From contig CAZTNF010000001.1 of NCBI GenBank assembly GCA_964615295.1, positions 16,983 through 80,982 of the forward strand: a stretch of DNA of 64,000 nt, written 5' to 3'. Below, one piece after another: positions 49,885 through 62,466 of this stretch. A program made the translations under genes and the position numbers. The notes under the pieces were generated by a model, which was given only the letters and a program-made list of their open reading frames with translations, did no database searches and was not told where the DNA came from. This stretch comes from an uncultured Erysipelotrichaceae bacterium (GTDB lineage: Bacteria; Bacillota_I; Bacilli_A; Erysipelotrichales; Erysipelotrichaceae). The stretch's first letter is position 1. The number at the start of each line of letters is the position of its first letter.

Positions 49885-50688
49885 ATGATTACAATTGGAA
49901 AAATGTCTTTAGCCTGTCATTGTAGTCCAAAAACTCTTCGTCATTATGATCAAATAGGTCTGCTTAAACCGATAAAAGTGGATTTAGAAACGGGATTTCG
50001 TTATTACTCCACCGAGCAAATCGATACCATGTTGCAAATTCAATACTATAAGCAACTTGGATTTTCATTGACAGACATTGCCACGCTTTTAGATGCGTCT
50101 AAAGCGGAGCGACTAATATGGCTTCAACGGCAGCGCAAACAGCTTCTTCTTCAAATAGAAAATTTACGAGAGGCTTTGCATCAGATCGATATCGATATTC
50201 AAAATATGGAGGAACCCAATATGAATTCAGAAAAAGATGTGAAACAAGACTATAAAATAGATTGCTCCTTTTTGCCTAAGCAGTTTATTTATGGACTACG
50301 AGAGCGACTTTCCGTCAAAGACTTTGGATGGGGCTATTCCCAATTAATGGAAAAGATGAAGGGTTTTAATTCGGTTGGGCTTTTTGGTGCTCGCTACTTT
50401 TGTGAAGAATTTGATCCGAATTCGGATTCCGATGTCGAGCTCTTCGCTTTATTACCCAATGAGAATCATGCCAACGGATATATTGGGGATTGTTGGTGTA
50501 TTCATACGGTACATCATGGAGGATACTCCGATTTATCCTTAGCCTATGGAGCTATTCTTCAATGGATGGAACAAAACGGCTATGAAATGATCGGTGCCCC
50601 CTTTGAAATTTATGCTCAATTGGGAGCCATCCCTATTCAAGATTGGCGCACCGATATCTATTTTCCGACTTGTCCCAAAAATAAATAA
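49885..50688 (+). CDS. MerR family regulator with GyrI-like effector domain
   Basis: KTLRHYDQIGLLKP...TGFRYY HTH; C-terminal HHGGY...FEIY...TDIYFP. Confidence 0.9.
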   Translation: MITIGKMSLACHCSPKTLRHYDQIGLLKPIKVDLETGFRYYSTEQIDTMLQIQYYKQLGFSLTDIATLLDASKAERLIWLQRQRKQLLLQIENLREALHQIDIDIQNMEEPNMNSEKDVKQDYKIDCSFLPKQFIYGLRERLSVKDFGWGYSQLMEKMKGFNSVGLFGARYFCEEFDPNSDSDVELFALLPNENHANGYIGDCWCIHTVHHGGYSDLSLAYGAILQWMEQNGYEMIGAPFEIYAQLGAIPIQDWRTDIYFPTCPKNK

Positions 50689-50816
50689 TCCTTTTTCCTT
50701 TCCTCAGAAAGAAGAACCTCTATAAAAGCTTAGTAACAATGAAGAGTGAGAGAATATCATTCCCTCACTCTTTTTTATTCATCCATATACTCTAGAATAT
50801 TCCATAAATTTTAAGC

Positions 50817-50851
50817 AAAAAAAAGGACTGTTAAATTATTTAACAGTCCTT
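50817..50851 (-). terminator. Intrinsic terminator after lon
   Basis: AAGGACTGTTAAAT/ATTTAACAGTCCTT with A-tract to the left. Confidence 0.8.
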
Positions 50852-50859
50852 AACAATAT

Positions 50860-53190
50860 TTAAATTACAATCGTTGCATTTTCTGCAGCGAGTCTTGGAA
50901 TTTCATAGGAAGCTAGATGAACGTTCAACGTTTCTTTCAACACGTCTTCTACACGTTTTACAGGAATGATTTCTAAAGAATCTTTAACCTCTTGGCTTAC
51001 TTCTTCTAAGTCACGACGATTCTCCCAAGGAATCAAGACTTTTTTGATTCCAGCACGCATCGCGCCATACAGTTTTTCTTTCAAACCCCCAATAGGTAAG
51101 ACATCTCCAGATAAAGAAAGTTCTCCTGTCATCGCAATATGAGAATCCACAGGTTGACGAAGAGCTAAAGAAGCAAGTGCGGTAAAGATCGTAATGCCAG
51201 CACTTGGCCCATCTTTAGGAGTAGCTCCCGCTGGAAAGTGAATATGGATGTCTTGTTTTCCAAATTCAAGGGTGTCAAGAGGTAAACGAGATTTCAAAAC
51301 CGAGAAGGAAATGCTTGCTGACTCTTTCATGACATCTCCAAGTTGACCCGTTAAGATCATCCGACCCGTACCAGGCATAGAGGCTGCTTCAATAAAGAGA
51401 ACTTCTCCTCCTACAGCTGTCCAAGCCAAACCAGTGACCACTCCACAAGGATTAGCGTCTTTCACTTTTTCATGCCGAATCGCTATTGGTCCAAAAATGG
51501 ATTTCAAATCTTCTACTTTCACTTGAATGGGATTCGTGCTCTCGAGCAATTCAACTGCTTTGGTACGAGCCACTTTAGCGAGTTGCTTTTTCAATCCACG
51601 GCATCCCGCTTCCATCGTATAGGAATTGATAATTTCACGAATGGCATCGTCTTCAATCGTCAATTGCCCAGTAGGAACTCCATGATCTTGAAGAACCTCT
51701 GGAAGTAAGTGATCTTTCGCAATCAAGAATTTTTCGCTTGGGGTATAGCTAGAAAGAGTAATAACTTCCATACGATCTAACAATGGAGCTGGAATCGAAT
51801 CCAACGAGTTGGCAGTAGCAATGAACATGACATCACTTAAATCATAGGGTAAGTCTAAGTAGTGATCTGTAAAGGTATCATTTTGCTCTGGATCCAAAAC
51901 TTCAAGCATGGCAGCGGAAGGATCTCCACTGAAACCACCAGCCATCATTTTATCCAATTCGTCTAGAATCATGACAGGATTAGTCGCCCCTGCTTGTTTC
52001 ATCGCTTTTAAGACACGACCACTCATAGCCCCAACATAGGTTCTGCGGTGACCACGAATTTCCGATTCATCACGAATACCGCCAAGAGCTAAGCGGGTGT
52101 AAGGGCGATGAAGCGCTTTGGCAATGGATTTTCCAAGAGAGGTTTTTCCAGTACCTGGAGGCCCAACCAATAAGATGGCACTTCCCTTCATGGATTTGCG
52201 TAATTTCATTACTGCTAAGTGTTGTAAAATACGCTCTTTTACTTTCTCCATTCCCGCATGACGCTCATCCAAAATATCTCTTGATTCTTTTAAATCTGGA
52301 TCAAAGACTTCCTCTTTTTTCCAAGGAAGGGAGAGCGCAAATTCTAAATAGTTACGCAATACTTCAGAATCTGGACTTTGAGGATTGGTCGCCTCTAAGC
52401 GTTTTACATCTTCAAGCAGTGATTTAGCTACGAGTTCAGGCATTTTTGCTTCGTCAATACGAGCAACAAAATCGTTTTTATTAAGATCATCTTCCTCATC
52501 GAGTTGACTTTGAAGAGCCTCAATCTCTCTTTGGATGGCTTGTTTGCGATACATTTCACTCGCTTCCTTAGAGAGTTTTTCTTTTAAATCGATTTTGACA
52601 CTAATCGCTTCTTTATGACGCAACAAAATATCAATGAATCGTGTTGCGCGTTCTTTAATGCTATCTAAAGCTAAAAGTTCATATTTCTCTTGACGAGAAA
52701 TGGCCATGTATTGGCACAAGAAGGCAATAATTTGGTTTACGGAGGTGTATTCCTCTACTCGTTTTACCAAAAGACGCCCTCCCTGGAACGATTTAGCAAT
52801 ATCTTTTACAAGGTTTTGAATATATGAAAGCATTTCGGCTTCAGCTTCTTCCGATAAATCATAATTTTCAGGAGCTGAATGAAATGTACAATAATTTCCG
52901 TCTTCGCTAATGTTGTCCACGCACACACGTTCGATAGCACGGGCAACAATCGTAAAGCCTTCATCGTCTTCATGAAGCAATTGAGTTGCTTTGCACACAA
53001 CCGCATAAAGTTGCAAGTTTTCTGCATGGGAATTGGCTTGCTCATCCTCACCGCTGAAAGCTACAAAGTTCTGGTTTAAGAGAATTTGTGCATCCTCTTC
53101 ATTGAGGTGATTCAGCCGGAGGATCGTATTTGGTAATAAAAGAATCCCATTTGCATGAACAAATGGCGTATTAATTAAGGTATTTTCCAC
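50860..53190 (-). CDS. lon: Lon protease
   Basis: [41 protein letters not shown]. Confidence 0.96.
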   Translation of the reverse strand: MENTLINTPFVHANGILLLPNTILRLNHLNEEDAQILLNQNFVAFSGEDEQANSHAENLQLYAVVCKATQLLHEDDEGFTIVARAIERVCVDNISEDGNYCTFHSAPENYDLSEEAEAEMLSYIQNLVKDIAKSFQGGRLLVKRVEEYTSVNQIIAFLCQYMAISRQEKYELLALDSIKERATRFIDILLRHKEAISVKIDLKEKLSKEASEMYRKQAIQREIEALQSQLDEEDDLNKNDFVARIDEAKMPELVAKSLLEDVKRLEATNPQSPDSEVLRNYLEFALSLPWKKEEVFDPDLKESRDILDERHAGMEKVKERILQHLAVMKLRKSMKGSAILLVGPPGTGKTSLGKSIAKALHRPYTRLALGGIRDESEIRGHRRTYVGAMSGRVLKAMKQAGATNPVMILDELDKMMAGGFSGDPSAAMLEVLDPEQNDTFTDHYLDLPYDLSDVMFIATANSLDSIPAPLLDRMEVITLSSYTPSEKFLIAKDHLLPEVLQDHGVPTGQLTIEDDAIREIINSYTMEAGCRGLKKQLAKVARTKAVELLESTNPIQVKVEDLKSIFGPIAIRHEKVKDANPCGVVTGLAWTAVGGEVLFIEAASMPGTGRMILTGQLGDVMKESASISFSVLKSRLPLDTLEFGKQDIHIHFPAGATPKDGPSAGITIFTALASLALRQPVDSHIAMTGELSLSGDVLPIGGLKEKLYGAMRAGIKKVLIPWENRRDLEEVSQEVKDSLEIIPVKRVEDVLKETLNVHLASYEIPRLAAENATIVI

Positions 53191-53346
53191 TTATTAAATC
53201 CTCGCTTTCTCTATTTCTAGGGTATCATACATGTTAGTATCAAAAATGTAAATACTTATAGAAAACTTATTTAGTATTTTTTTTTAATCTCCCTTCTAGG
53301 GGTTCTTAGTCAAGTGTGTTAGAATGCCTACGCAAAGGAGTTAGCC

Positions 53347-53724
53347 ATGAAAAAGTTAGTTATTTTTCAAGATGAATCCTGTCCCATGAAGCGGGCTTGT
53401 AAAGCTTTAGAAGGAAAATGGAAAATTCCCGTTATTTATGTGCTGTGTACCAATGGCACTCTTCGCTACAACGAGTTAAAGCAAGCTTTAGGAATTACGA
53501 ATGTCATGCTTTCCAATACCTTAAAGGATTTAGAACAAGAAGGATTGGTTCTCCGCATTTCCTATAATGAAATCCCACCCCGTGTGGATTACTCTCTTTC
53601 CGAACAAGCTCAGAGTTTAGTCCCTATTATCATGGCCTTTGCCAAATGGGGAGAAGAACTCTTAGAAGTAAAAGATGTAAACGAAGAAAGTTCATGTGAT
53701 TCTTCTTGTTCCCAAGATCAATGA
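53347..53724 (+). CDS. HxlR/DUF24 family winged-helix regulator
   Basis: SCPM, GKWK, LRYNEL, PPRVDYSL. Confidence 0.9.
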   Translation: MKKLVIFQDESCPMKRACKALEGKWKIPVIYVLCTNGTLRYNELKQALGITNVMLSNTLKDLEQEGLVLRISYNEIPPRVDYSLSEQAQSLVPIIMAFAKWGEELLEVKDVNEESSCDSSCSQDQ

Positions 53725-54285
53725 CCTATGAAGAAAGTCACAGGTACTCAACTCGCTTTAACATAAATAAAAATTTATTACGACCCATTCGATTTTAAAA
53801 AATGGGTCTTTTCATTTTAAAATTGATATTTGAAATTATTTAATACATATATTAAATGAAGAAAAGAAAACAAAAAATAAAAAATTTACTCCTAATTTTA
53901 AAAGAGATATTAAAGATTTTTAGATTCGCTTTAGATTTTCTTTTATTTCCTCCTAGGAAATCTCCTTTTAGAAAAAAACATACGAAGATTCATTTTTTCT
54001 TCATCTTCTAATTCCTTAAGATATCCTTTTGGAGGGGCTAGTTGTGGTTAATTATAAGGAAAGAAAAACTTCTCTTTAAAGAGTAATACTTAAAGAATTC
54101 ATTTCATTGCCGCCTGAAATGAAGGAAAGGTGAGAAAAAAAATCACTGTTTTATCCTCATATAACTCTATCCTTTCCTTCTCTTTCTAGAAATAAAAAAA
54201 TAAGCATTTAAATAGGCCCCTCCTTGTAAAGCTCCTATACTCTAAACATAAAGATCACATAAATAGTGTGAAAAGGAGAAACCCT

Positions 54286-54810
54286 ATGTCAAAATCTTCC
54301 TGGGGATGGTATAGAATTCTCTTTATCGTTCTTGCCATTCTTTATATCTTCGCAGGTGTTATGCTCGTATGTAATCCTGCTGTTTTTGCCCCTTCCATGA
54401 TCAACTTGATTGGATTGTTTGGGATCGTATATGGAATTATCCTCATTGCTTCTTATTTTATGGAAGCTAATTTTAAAAGCATTTATACGATGATTTCGGG
54501 ACTTATCGTTTTACTTCTTGGGCTTTTAGTGGTTTTCAATCCTTTTAGAAGTTCGATCGTAATGGGTGCGATGTGTGCTGTGGCTTTTTTAGCCGTTGGA
54601 TGCTTTAAAATTTATCAGGCGTTCTTTGTAAGAGATCTTGGTGTTTCCACGTGGTGGAGTGTTCTTCTTCTTGCCGCTTGCAACATCATTGTGGGTTTAA
54701 TCATGATGTTCCACCTTCAAAATTCAGCTGGTTTGATCACGATTTTGATTGGTGTTAACTTGCTTGTAAACGGTGTTTCGGACCTGATGCTTGGCATCAT
54801 GGGCTTTTAA
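54286..54810 (+). CDS. HdeD/DUF308 family membrane protein
   Basis: Six TM segments with Gly-rich repeats; AAGGAG RBS before 54286 (ORF track 54268). Confidence 0.75.
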   Translation: MSKSSWGWYRILFIVLAILYIFAGVMLVCNPAVFAPSMINLIGLFGIVYGIILIASYFMEANFKSIYTMISGLIVLLLGLLVVFNPFRSSIVMGAMCAVAFLAVGCFKIYQAFFVRDLGVSTWWSVLLLAACNIIVGLIMMFHLQNSAGLITILIGVNLLVNGVSDLMLGIMGF

Positions 54811-54868
54811 TTAAAGCGAAAAAACTCTGGATAGTCATCCAGAGTTTTTTTGTGGAAATTTGAAGAAC

Positions 54869-55678
54869 TCACTCTTCCAAAAGCGGTTCAATCCAAAGAC
54901 ACGAAAAATGTTCTCCCGTTTTTTTCCCATCTCGTCGATAGGAAAAACCATAAGGATTGGTTTTGGTATCTAAATTAGAGGCATGTAGATTTTCTAAGGG
55001 AACTCCATAGGCTCGAGCCATACACATATTAATCCCTTGATTATCGAGATAACTGCGATCGTTTTCTCCAGGAACAATGTACTCTTGAATATCAAGGCCA
55101 TAGCGAATAGCCATATCTTGGATTTGCTCAATAACCTCTGGTCCTACTTCCAACGAGGAAGCCATTAAAGAAGGGGAAAAGTATATATGAAGCGTTTTAG
55201 GATGTAATAGACCATCGTGTTTTAAGGCTTCTAACATTTGAATGGTAATCGCCTGAGCTGTTCCTTTCCACCCCGAATGAACTGCTGCAATCACAGGAAC
55301 GCTTGGATCTGCCATTAAGATCCCTAAGCAATCTGCAGTAAAAACTCCAATAAGGGTCTTGGGATCGGTAGTGTATAACCCATCGGTTTCTAAAATAGAG
55401 GTGGTGGCTTCATAAGCCCCTTTTCCTTGATCACTCGCATACACCCTTTGAACGGTTGCGGTGTGTTTTTGCCAAGGAAGAACCCAATTTTCTAAGGGAA
55501 GAGTTTGATTTTGCCAGACCATTCGGTTTTTCAATACATCTTGAGGATTTTGACAAACATGCAAAGCTAAGTTGCCTTGCTCAGGGGTGTATGAAGTGCG
55601 CAAAGAAAAAGCTCCATAAATTTGATAGTGAGAATGACACTTGCCAAAAAGAAGCGCATTGAGATTTTTAGCATACAT
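54869..55678 (-). CDS. pgeF: YfiH/PgeF family (laccase-domain) purine nucleoside enzyme
   Basis: NLALHV, QKHT, DGLYT, TADC, HSGWKG, FSYRR. Confidence 0.88.
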   Translation of the reverse strand: MYAKNLNALLFGKCHSHYQIYGAFSLRTSYTPEQGNLALHVCQNPQDVLKNRMVWQNQTLPLENWVLPWQKHTATVQRVYASDQGKGAYEATTSILETDGLYTTDPKTLIGVFTADCLGILMADPSVPVIAAVHSGWKGTAQAITIQMLEALKHDGLLHPKTLHIYFSPSLMASSLEVGPEVIEQIQDMAIRYGLDIQEYIVPGENDRSYLDNQGINMCMARAYGVPLENLHASNLDTKTNPYGFSYRRDGKKTGEHFSCLWIEPLLEE

Positions 55679-55755
55679 ATCCGTAGTATAGCTAAGAGTA
55701 GGGTCTCAGGCATCTAAATGTACAGACTATTGTCAAACTGTCAAAATACCAATAG

Positions 55756-55825
55756 ATAGCACTTGACCCTTGCATCTGCCAAGAGGGGTGCTATTATATT
55801 GGCAGTTAAACACCAAGAGTGCCAA
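55756..55825 (+). promoter_or_regulatory. Two CIRCE elements upstream of hrcA
   Basis: ATAGCACTT-N9-ATCTGCCAA (55756-55782) and TTGGCAGTT-N9-GAGTGCCAA (55799-55825). Confidence 0.8.
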
Positions 55826-55839
55826 GAGAGGTGGGAATT

Positions 55840-56850
55840 ATGGATCTGACTCAACGGCAACGGACGATTTTAAAGACAGTTGTCGAGGAATTCATCCGAA
55901 CCGCCCAACCAATCGGTTCCAAATCCCTGCTCCTAATCTTGGGAATCTCCGTTTCTTCTGCAACCATTCGCAATGATTTAAGTGTTCTTGAAAAAGAAGG
56001 CCTGATTGAAAAAACACATATCTCAAGTGGGCGAATTCCCTCCCCCAAAGGATATCGATATTATGTGGAACATTTGATGGAATTGCATTTGGATTCCCAA
56101 ATGGAAGAAGCTTTACGTCAAGTATTTTCCAAGCGACATCTCTCTTTAGAAGAAATGATTCAAGTTTGTTGTTCTCTTCTAGCGGAAATGACGCAGCTTA
56201 CGAGTCTGGCTGTGCAAGAACCAAATGAGCGTACCTTAGAACATGTGGGGTTAATTCCTTTAAATGAAAATCAAGCGCTAGCCGTAATTACTTTGAGCGA
56301 TGGGCAAGGTGAAACCCGTCTTCTTTCTTTAGATGAAAGTGTTTCGACAGAGGATTTAAAAGTCTTCACTCAATTTTTAGAGGTGAATTTGCAAGGAACC
56401 CCTTTGAGGAATTTGCTTGAAAAGATGGAAAGTATAAAACCTCTCATGTCTGCTTATACTGGGCGCCATGAAGTGCTTTTTCAAGCTTGGATATCGGCTT
56501 TGATGAGTTTTGCTCGTAAGGAAAGCGCGATATATGGGCGAGCCAATATGCTAATGCAGCCTGAATTTGCGGACGTGACCCGTCTTGAACAGTTGATGCG
56601 GGTTCTCGACAATCAAAACTTATTTCAAGAATGGACTACTCGCCCTGATCGGGTGAATATCCCGATCGATACACGCAATGAACTCATTCAAATTGAAGAT
56701 TGTTGCATAGTTACGACGAAATTCGAAGTAAAAGACGGAGAACAAGGACAGCTCATGGTCATCGGTCCGAATCGGATGCCGTATGGCAAAGTTATTGCCC
56801 TAATGGACTATCTCTCCAAACAAATCGAAGAAATGTTTGGAACTCAGTGA
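55840..56850 (+). CDS. hrcA: Heat-inducible repressor HrcA
   Basis: PIGSK, SSATIRND, HISSGRIPSPKGYRYYV, IGPNRMPY. Confidence 0.96.
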   Translation: MDLTQRQRTILKTVVEEFIRTAQPIGSKSLLLILGISVSSATIRNDLSVLEKEGLIEKTHISSGRIPSPKGYRYYVEHLMELHLDSQMEEALRQVFSKRHLSLEEMIQVCCSLLAEMTQLTSLAVQEPNERTLEHVGLIPLNENQALAVITLSDGQGETRLLSLDESVSTEDLKVFTQFLEVNLQGTPLRNLLEKMESIKPLMSAYTGRHEVLFQAWISALMSFARKESAIYGRANMLMQPEFADVTRLEQLMRVLDNQNLFQEWTTRPDRVNIPIDTRNELIQIEDCCIVTTKFEVKDGEQGQLMVIGPNRMPYGKVIALMDYLSKQIEEMFGTQ

Positions 56851-56863
56851 AAAGGAGCGTCGG

Positions 56864-57442
56864 ATGAGCACAAATAACAACCAAGATTCCAATGCACAAG
56901 AAATCAAAAAAGAAGAACAAGTGGCAACTGAACCTGTTGATGTGGAAATCACCGAAGAAGTGGTTGAAGAAAAGGATCCAATTGAAGTTCTCAATCAAGA
57001 AATTGAAGCTCTTCAATCTCAGCTTACCCAAACAAAGACAGATTTGCTTCGGGCCTATGCTGATACGGATAATACCCGTAAACGTTTAGTTAAAGAAGCC
57101 GAAACAGTTAAAAAGTATCGTTTCCAAAGTGCTGCTTTAGAGTTATTGCCTATTTTAGATAACTTAAATCGTGCATTGGCTGTGAAACCGGAAAACCCTG
57201 AACTGGCAAACTACGTCAGGGGGTTTGAAATGATTCAATCACAACTTGAAAATGCTTTAAAAAATGAAGGCGTACAAGAAATTGAAGCTTTAAATCAACC
57301 TTTTGATGCGAATTTCATGCAGGCTTTATCGATGGAAAAAGTCGATGGAGTGGAACCCGGCACTGTTACGGAAGTCTTACAAAAAGGTTACAAACTTAAA
57401 GATCGTTTGTTACGTCCTGCTTTAGTCAAAGTTAGCGAATAA
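56864..57442 (+). CDS. grpE: Nucleotide exchange factor GrpE
   Basis: LLPILDNL, QKGYKLKDRLLRPALVKV; AAGGAG RBS before 56864. Confidence 0.95.
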   Translation: MSTNNNQDSNAQEIKKEEQVATEPVDVEITEEVVEEKDPIEVLNQEIEALQSQLTQTKTDLLRAYADTDNTRKRLVKEAETVKKYRFQSAALELLPILDNLNRALAVKPENPELANYVRGFEMIQSQLENALKNEGVQEIEALNQPFDANFMQALSMEKVDGVEPGTVTEVLQKGYKLKDRLLRPALVKVSE

Positions 57443-57725
57443 CATGAAAAGAGAGGTATCCTCTTTCTGAGGGGTTCTCAAAAATAGCTCAGAAAGAAAT
57501 AAAACTTTCTTAAAACCTCACTAGTTTTGCAGTCGCACAGTCGTATCATTTTTTAGGTCTTTTTCCTATTCAAAAAAGAGAAAGACGGGAAAAATAAAGA
57601 CGCAATCTCTTAAAGATATTAATCGTGCTTTCTATGAACGAAGTGATTCATCCAGCCCTTATGGGAAACGAAAGCAATGAAAGATAAAAGGTTATAGTCA
57701 TGTTGTTTAAAGGATCTTCCTTTAA

Positions 57726-59564
<1,839 letters not shown>

Positions 59565-59609
59565 TTTGGTTTGACCTTTGGCATCTCAATGCCCTTATAA
59601 AGATTCTCA

Positions 59610-59641
59610 AAGCTACAGGTGGCTCTTAACCTGTAGCTTTC
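59610..59641 (+). terminator. Stem-loop/terminator after dnaK
   Basis: AAGCTACAGGT...ACCTGTAGCTT. Confidence 0.65.
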
Positions 59642-59878
59642 TGTGTATTAGTAGGAAAAAAAACGAAGAAATGGAGAATTCTTTAAGCCCCCTCTTTTCA
59701 CTTCTTGAAAAACGTGGGATAAGAAAAAACGTTTGAAATCTTCTTTCCATTTCTTCTTGGTTTTTAAAAAGAAAAAAACATATTTCAAAAAATAGAAGCC
59801 AATTCAGCCAAAAACCTTAGTGTTGAGACAAAAAGAAGAAAAAAGAAATTGGAAAGGTGAAAAGAAAGGAGCTTGGGA

Positions 59879-61015
59879 ATGGCCCAATCCAAAAAAGATT
59901 TGTATGCCGTTCTTGGGGTATCGAAAGATGCCTCAGCTGAGGACATTAAAAAGGCCTATCATAAATTGGCCCGCCAATACCATCCTGACATCAATAAAGA
60001 GCCAGGAGCGGAAGATAAATTTAAAGAGATTAATAGTGCTTATGAGATTTTAGGCGATGAACAAAGACGGGCCCAATACGACCGTTTTGGAGTAACCGAG
60101 GATATGGGAGGAGCTGGAGGATTTGATTTCTCAAGCTTTTTCCAAAACCAATCTGGCTTTGATCCTTTCAGTGATCTGTTCAATATGTTTACCAACGGAG
60201 GGTATGGAAATAGTCAAAGTCAACGGACCTATACGGGGCCTATTCGTGGCGAAGACTTATATCAACGGATGGATTTAGAGTTTCTCGAAGCAGTAAAAGG
60301 CACTACTAAAACTATTACGGTGGATGTAGAAGAGCCTTGTGAGCATTGTCACGGTAGTGGAGCGGAAAGTCCTAGTGACATTAAACAATGTTCTACCTGT
60401 CATGGAGCGGGGCGAGTGAGCCAAGTGCTTAATACTCCTTTTGGACGCTTGCAACAACAAACGACGTGCCCAACTTGTCATGGTACAGGCCAAGTAGTTG
60501 AGAAAAAATGCCATGAATGCCATGGAGAAGGCTATCATACTGAACGACACCAAATCGAGGTCAAAATCCCTGCTGGTGTTCAAACAGGCCAACAAGTTCG
60601 CTTAGCTGGTAAAGGTGGGCGCGGATCGAATGGCGGTCAAAATGGAGATTTATACATTGAACTCAATGTAGCCGATCATCCCATATTCCAACGCCAAGGA
60701 GCGGATATTTTTGTAGAAGTCCCCATTTCCTCTTTGGATGCGACGCTTGGTTGTACTATTCAAGTGCCAACTATTCATGGGGAAAGTGAGTTAAACATTC
60801 CAAGTGGGACCCAACCTGGTCAAAGTTTCCGTCTAAAAGGGCAAGGTATCCCACACGGTCGGGGCAATGGGGATGAGTATGTGGATATCAAAGTTGAGAT
60901 TCCTAAGAAACTCAGTGAAAAAGATCGGGAATTGTACGAGCAGTTACGCAATCAAGAAGCCACGAAAGCGGAATCTCCCTTTGAACGGTTCAAAAACTTT
61001 TTTACTGGCAAATAA
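59879..61015 (+). CDS. dnaJ: Chaperone DnaJ (class A)
   Basis: J domain HPD, G/F region, four CxxCxGxG repeats. Confidence 0.96.
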   Translation: MAQSKKDLYAVLGVSKDASAEDIKKAYHKLARQYHPDINKEPGAEDKFKEINSAYEILGDEQRRAQYDRFGVTEDMGGAGGFDFSSFFQNQSGFDPFSDLFNMFTNGGYGNSQSQRTYTGPIRGEDLYQRMDLEFLEAVKGTTKTITVDVEEPCEHCHGSGAESPSDIKQCSTCHGAGRVSQVLNTPFGRLQQQTTCPTCHGTGQVVEKKCHECHGEGYHTERHQIEVKIPAGVQTGQQVRLAGKGGRGSNGGQNGDLYIELNVADHPIFQRQGADIFVEVPISSLDATLGCTIQVPTIHGESELNIPSGTQPGQSFRLKGQGIPHGRGNGDEYVDIKVEIPKKLSEKDRELYEQLRNQEATKAESPFERFKNFFTGK

Positions 61016-61281
61016 TACAAGGAAAAGTCTGCCTTTTAACTTTTATTACGTCGAGCCAAATAAAATCGATTAAGGCGAGAAAGCTGAAGTCTACAGCTCA
61101 ATCGCCTTTTTTTGAAAAAATTTTTCATTCAATCTTGGTCAAATAGCCGCCGTTTCATCTACAAATCATCAAAAATAAAAGAAGACAGACAGTCTAGCCC
61201 TGACTGAAATAAAATCAATGCATTGGTAGACAGATTGCTGTCCAATTCAAAAGCGATGGTCGCTTTTAGAAAGGACTGAAC

Positions 61282-62292
61282 ATGGCAGACAACAATAGAC
61301 TTTATAACATCCTTGGTGTTCCCACGGATGCTGACGACAAAACGATAAAAAAAGCGTATCGCAAATTAGCGATGAAATATCATCCAGATGTTAATAAAGA
61401 CGCTGGAGCAGAAGATAAATTTAAAGAAATTAACTTAGCCCATGAGACCTTATCCAATCCCGAGCGGCGGGCTTTATACGATAAATATGGTGAAGTGTCG
61501 TTGGATCCAAACTTCAATGAAGACTTCTACAATCAGCAAATGAATGGCTTTGGCCAAGGAGGATTTAATTTTGAAGATCTCTTTGGCCAAGGAGGCTATT
61601 CTGGCTTCGGTTCTGCTGGTAGTGGCTTTAGCGGATTTAGTGGAGATGGATTCAGTGGCTTTGGAGGATTTGGTGGTTTTGGCGGCTTTGAAGATTTATT
61701 TGGTCGTCAATCCACGCGTGCTCATGAATATCCAGCTAAAGGGGAAGATCGTCATGGAACGGTTCAAGTGGATTTTATGGAAGCCGTCAAAGGTGGAAAA
61801 AAGACCTTTACTTTCAATGTGACTGAACCCAATGAACAAGGACAATATGTTACCCGTCCTTTGACTTTGGAAGTGACCATTCCAGCTGGTATTCGTGATG
61901 GACAAAAGATTCGCATTGCTGGTAAAGGGGAACCCGGTATCTTTGGTGGACCTGCTGGAGATATGTATTTAGAAGTTAAAGTAAAACCAGATTCTACTTT
62001 TACCCGTGATGACTTAGACATTATCGTTGAAGTTCCAGTAGATGCGATTACAGCTGTTTTAGGTGGTACTATTGATGTACCGACTATTGATGGAGTTGTC
62101 GAAATGAAGGTTCCAGCCGGAATTCAATCCGGTCAGCGCTTGCGCTTAAAAGGCAAAGGTGTGGTCAGCAACCGTGGTACAGGCGATGAATACGCTAAGG
62201 TAAAAATTACGGTTCCAAAAGATTTAACTCCAGAAGAAAAAGAATTATTCGAAAAGATTCGCGAGTTACGCGCTCAAAAAGCAGCTGCTTAA
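61282..62292 (+). CDS. Class B J-domain protein (CbpA-like, no zinc finger)
   Basis: HPD J domain, long G/F region, C-terminal domains, no CxxCxGxG. Confidence 0.9.
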   Translation: MADNNRLYNILGVPTDADDKTIKKAYRKLAMKYHPDVNKDAGAEDKFKEINLAHETLSNPERRALYDKYGEVSLDPNFNEDFYNQQMNGFGQGGFNFEDLFGQGGYSGFGSAGSGFSGFSGDGFSGFGGFGGFGGFEDLFGRQSTRAHEYPAKGEDRHGTVQVDFMEAVKGGKKTFTFNVTEPNEQGQYVTRPLTLEVTIPAGIRDGQKIRIAGKGEPGIFGGPAGDMYLEVKVKPDSTFTRDDLDIIVEVPVDAITAVLGGTIDVPTIDGVVEMKVPAGIQSGQRLRLKGKGVVSNRGTGDEYAKVKITVPKDLTPEEKELFEKIRELRAQKAAA

Positions 62293-62330
62293 TTGTATAA
62301 TTTAGAGTCGATTCTCTTTTCAGTCAAAAT

Positions 62331-62362
62331 AAAAGCGGATTCAAGAAAAGAATCCGCTTTTT
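62331..62362 (+). terminator. Intrinsic terminator
   Basis: AAAAGCGGATTC/GAATCCGCTTTT. Confidence 0.8.
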
Positions 62363-62466
62363 AAACGTTTTGATCGAAAAAATTTGTTGAATGGATAACA
62401 ATAAATTTTAATCATATATAAGGCTTTATACAGCGATCAAGTCGTATATCTATAAAGGAGTAACCT

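Noticed and set aside
61545-61705. GGN-TTY low-complexity repeat
   Set aside because: Encodes the normal G/F region of a J protein
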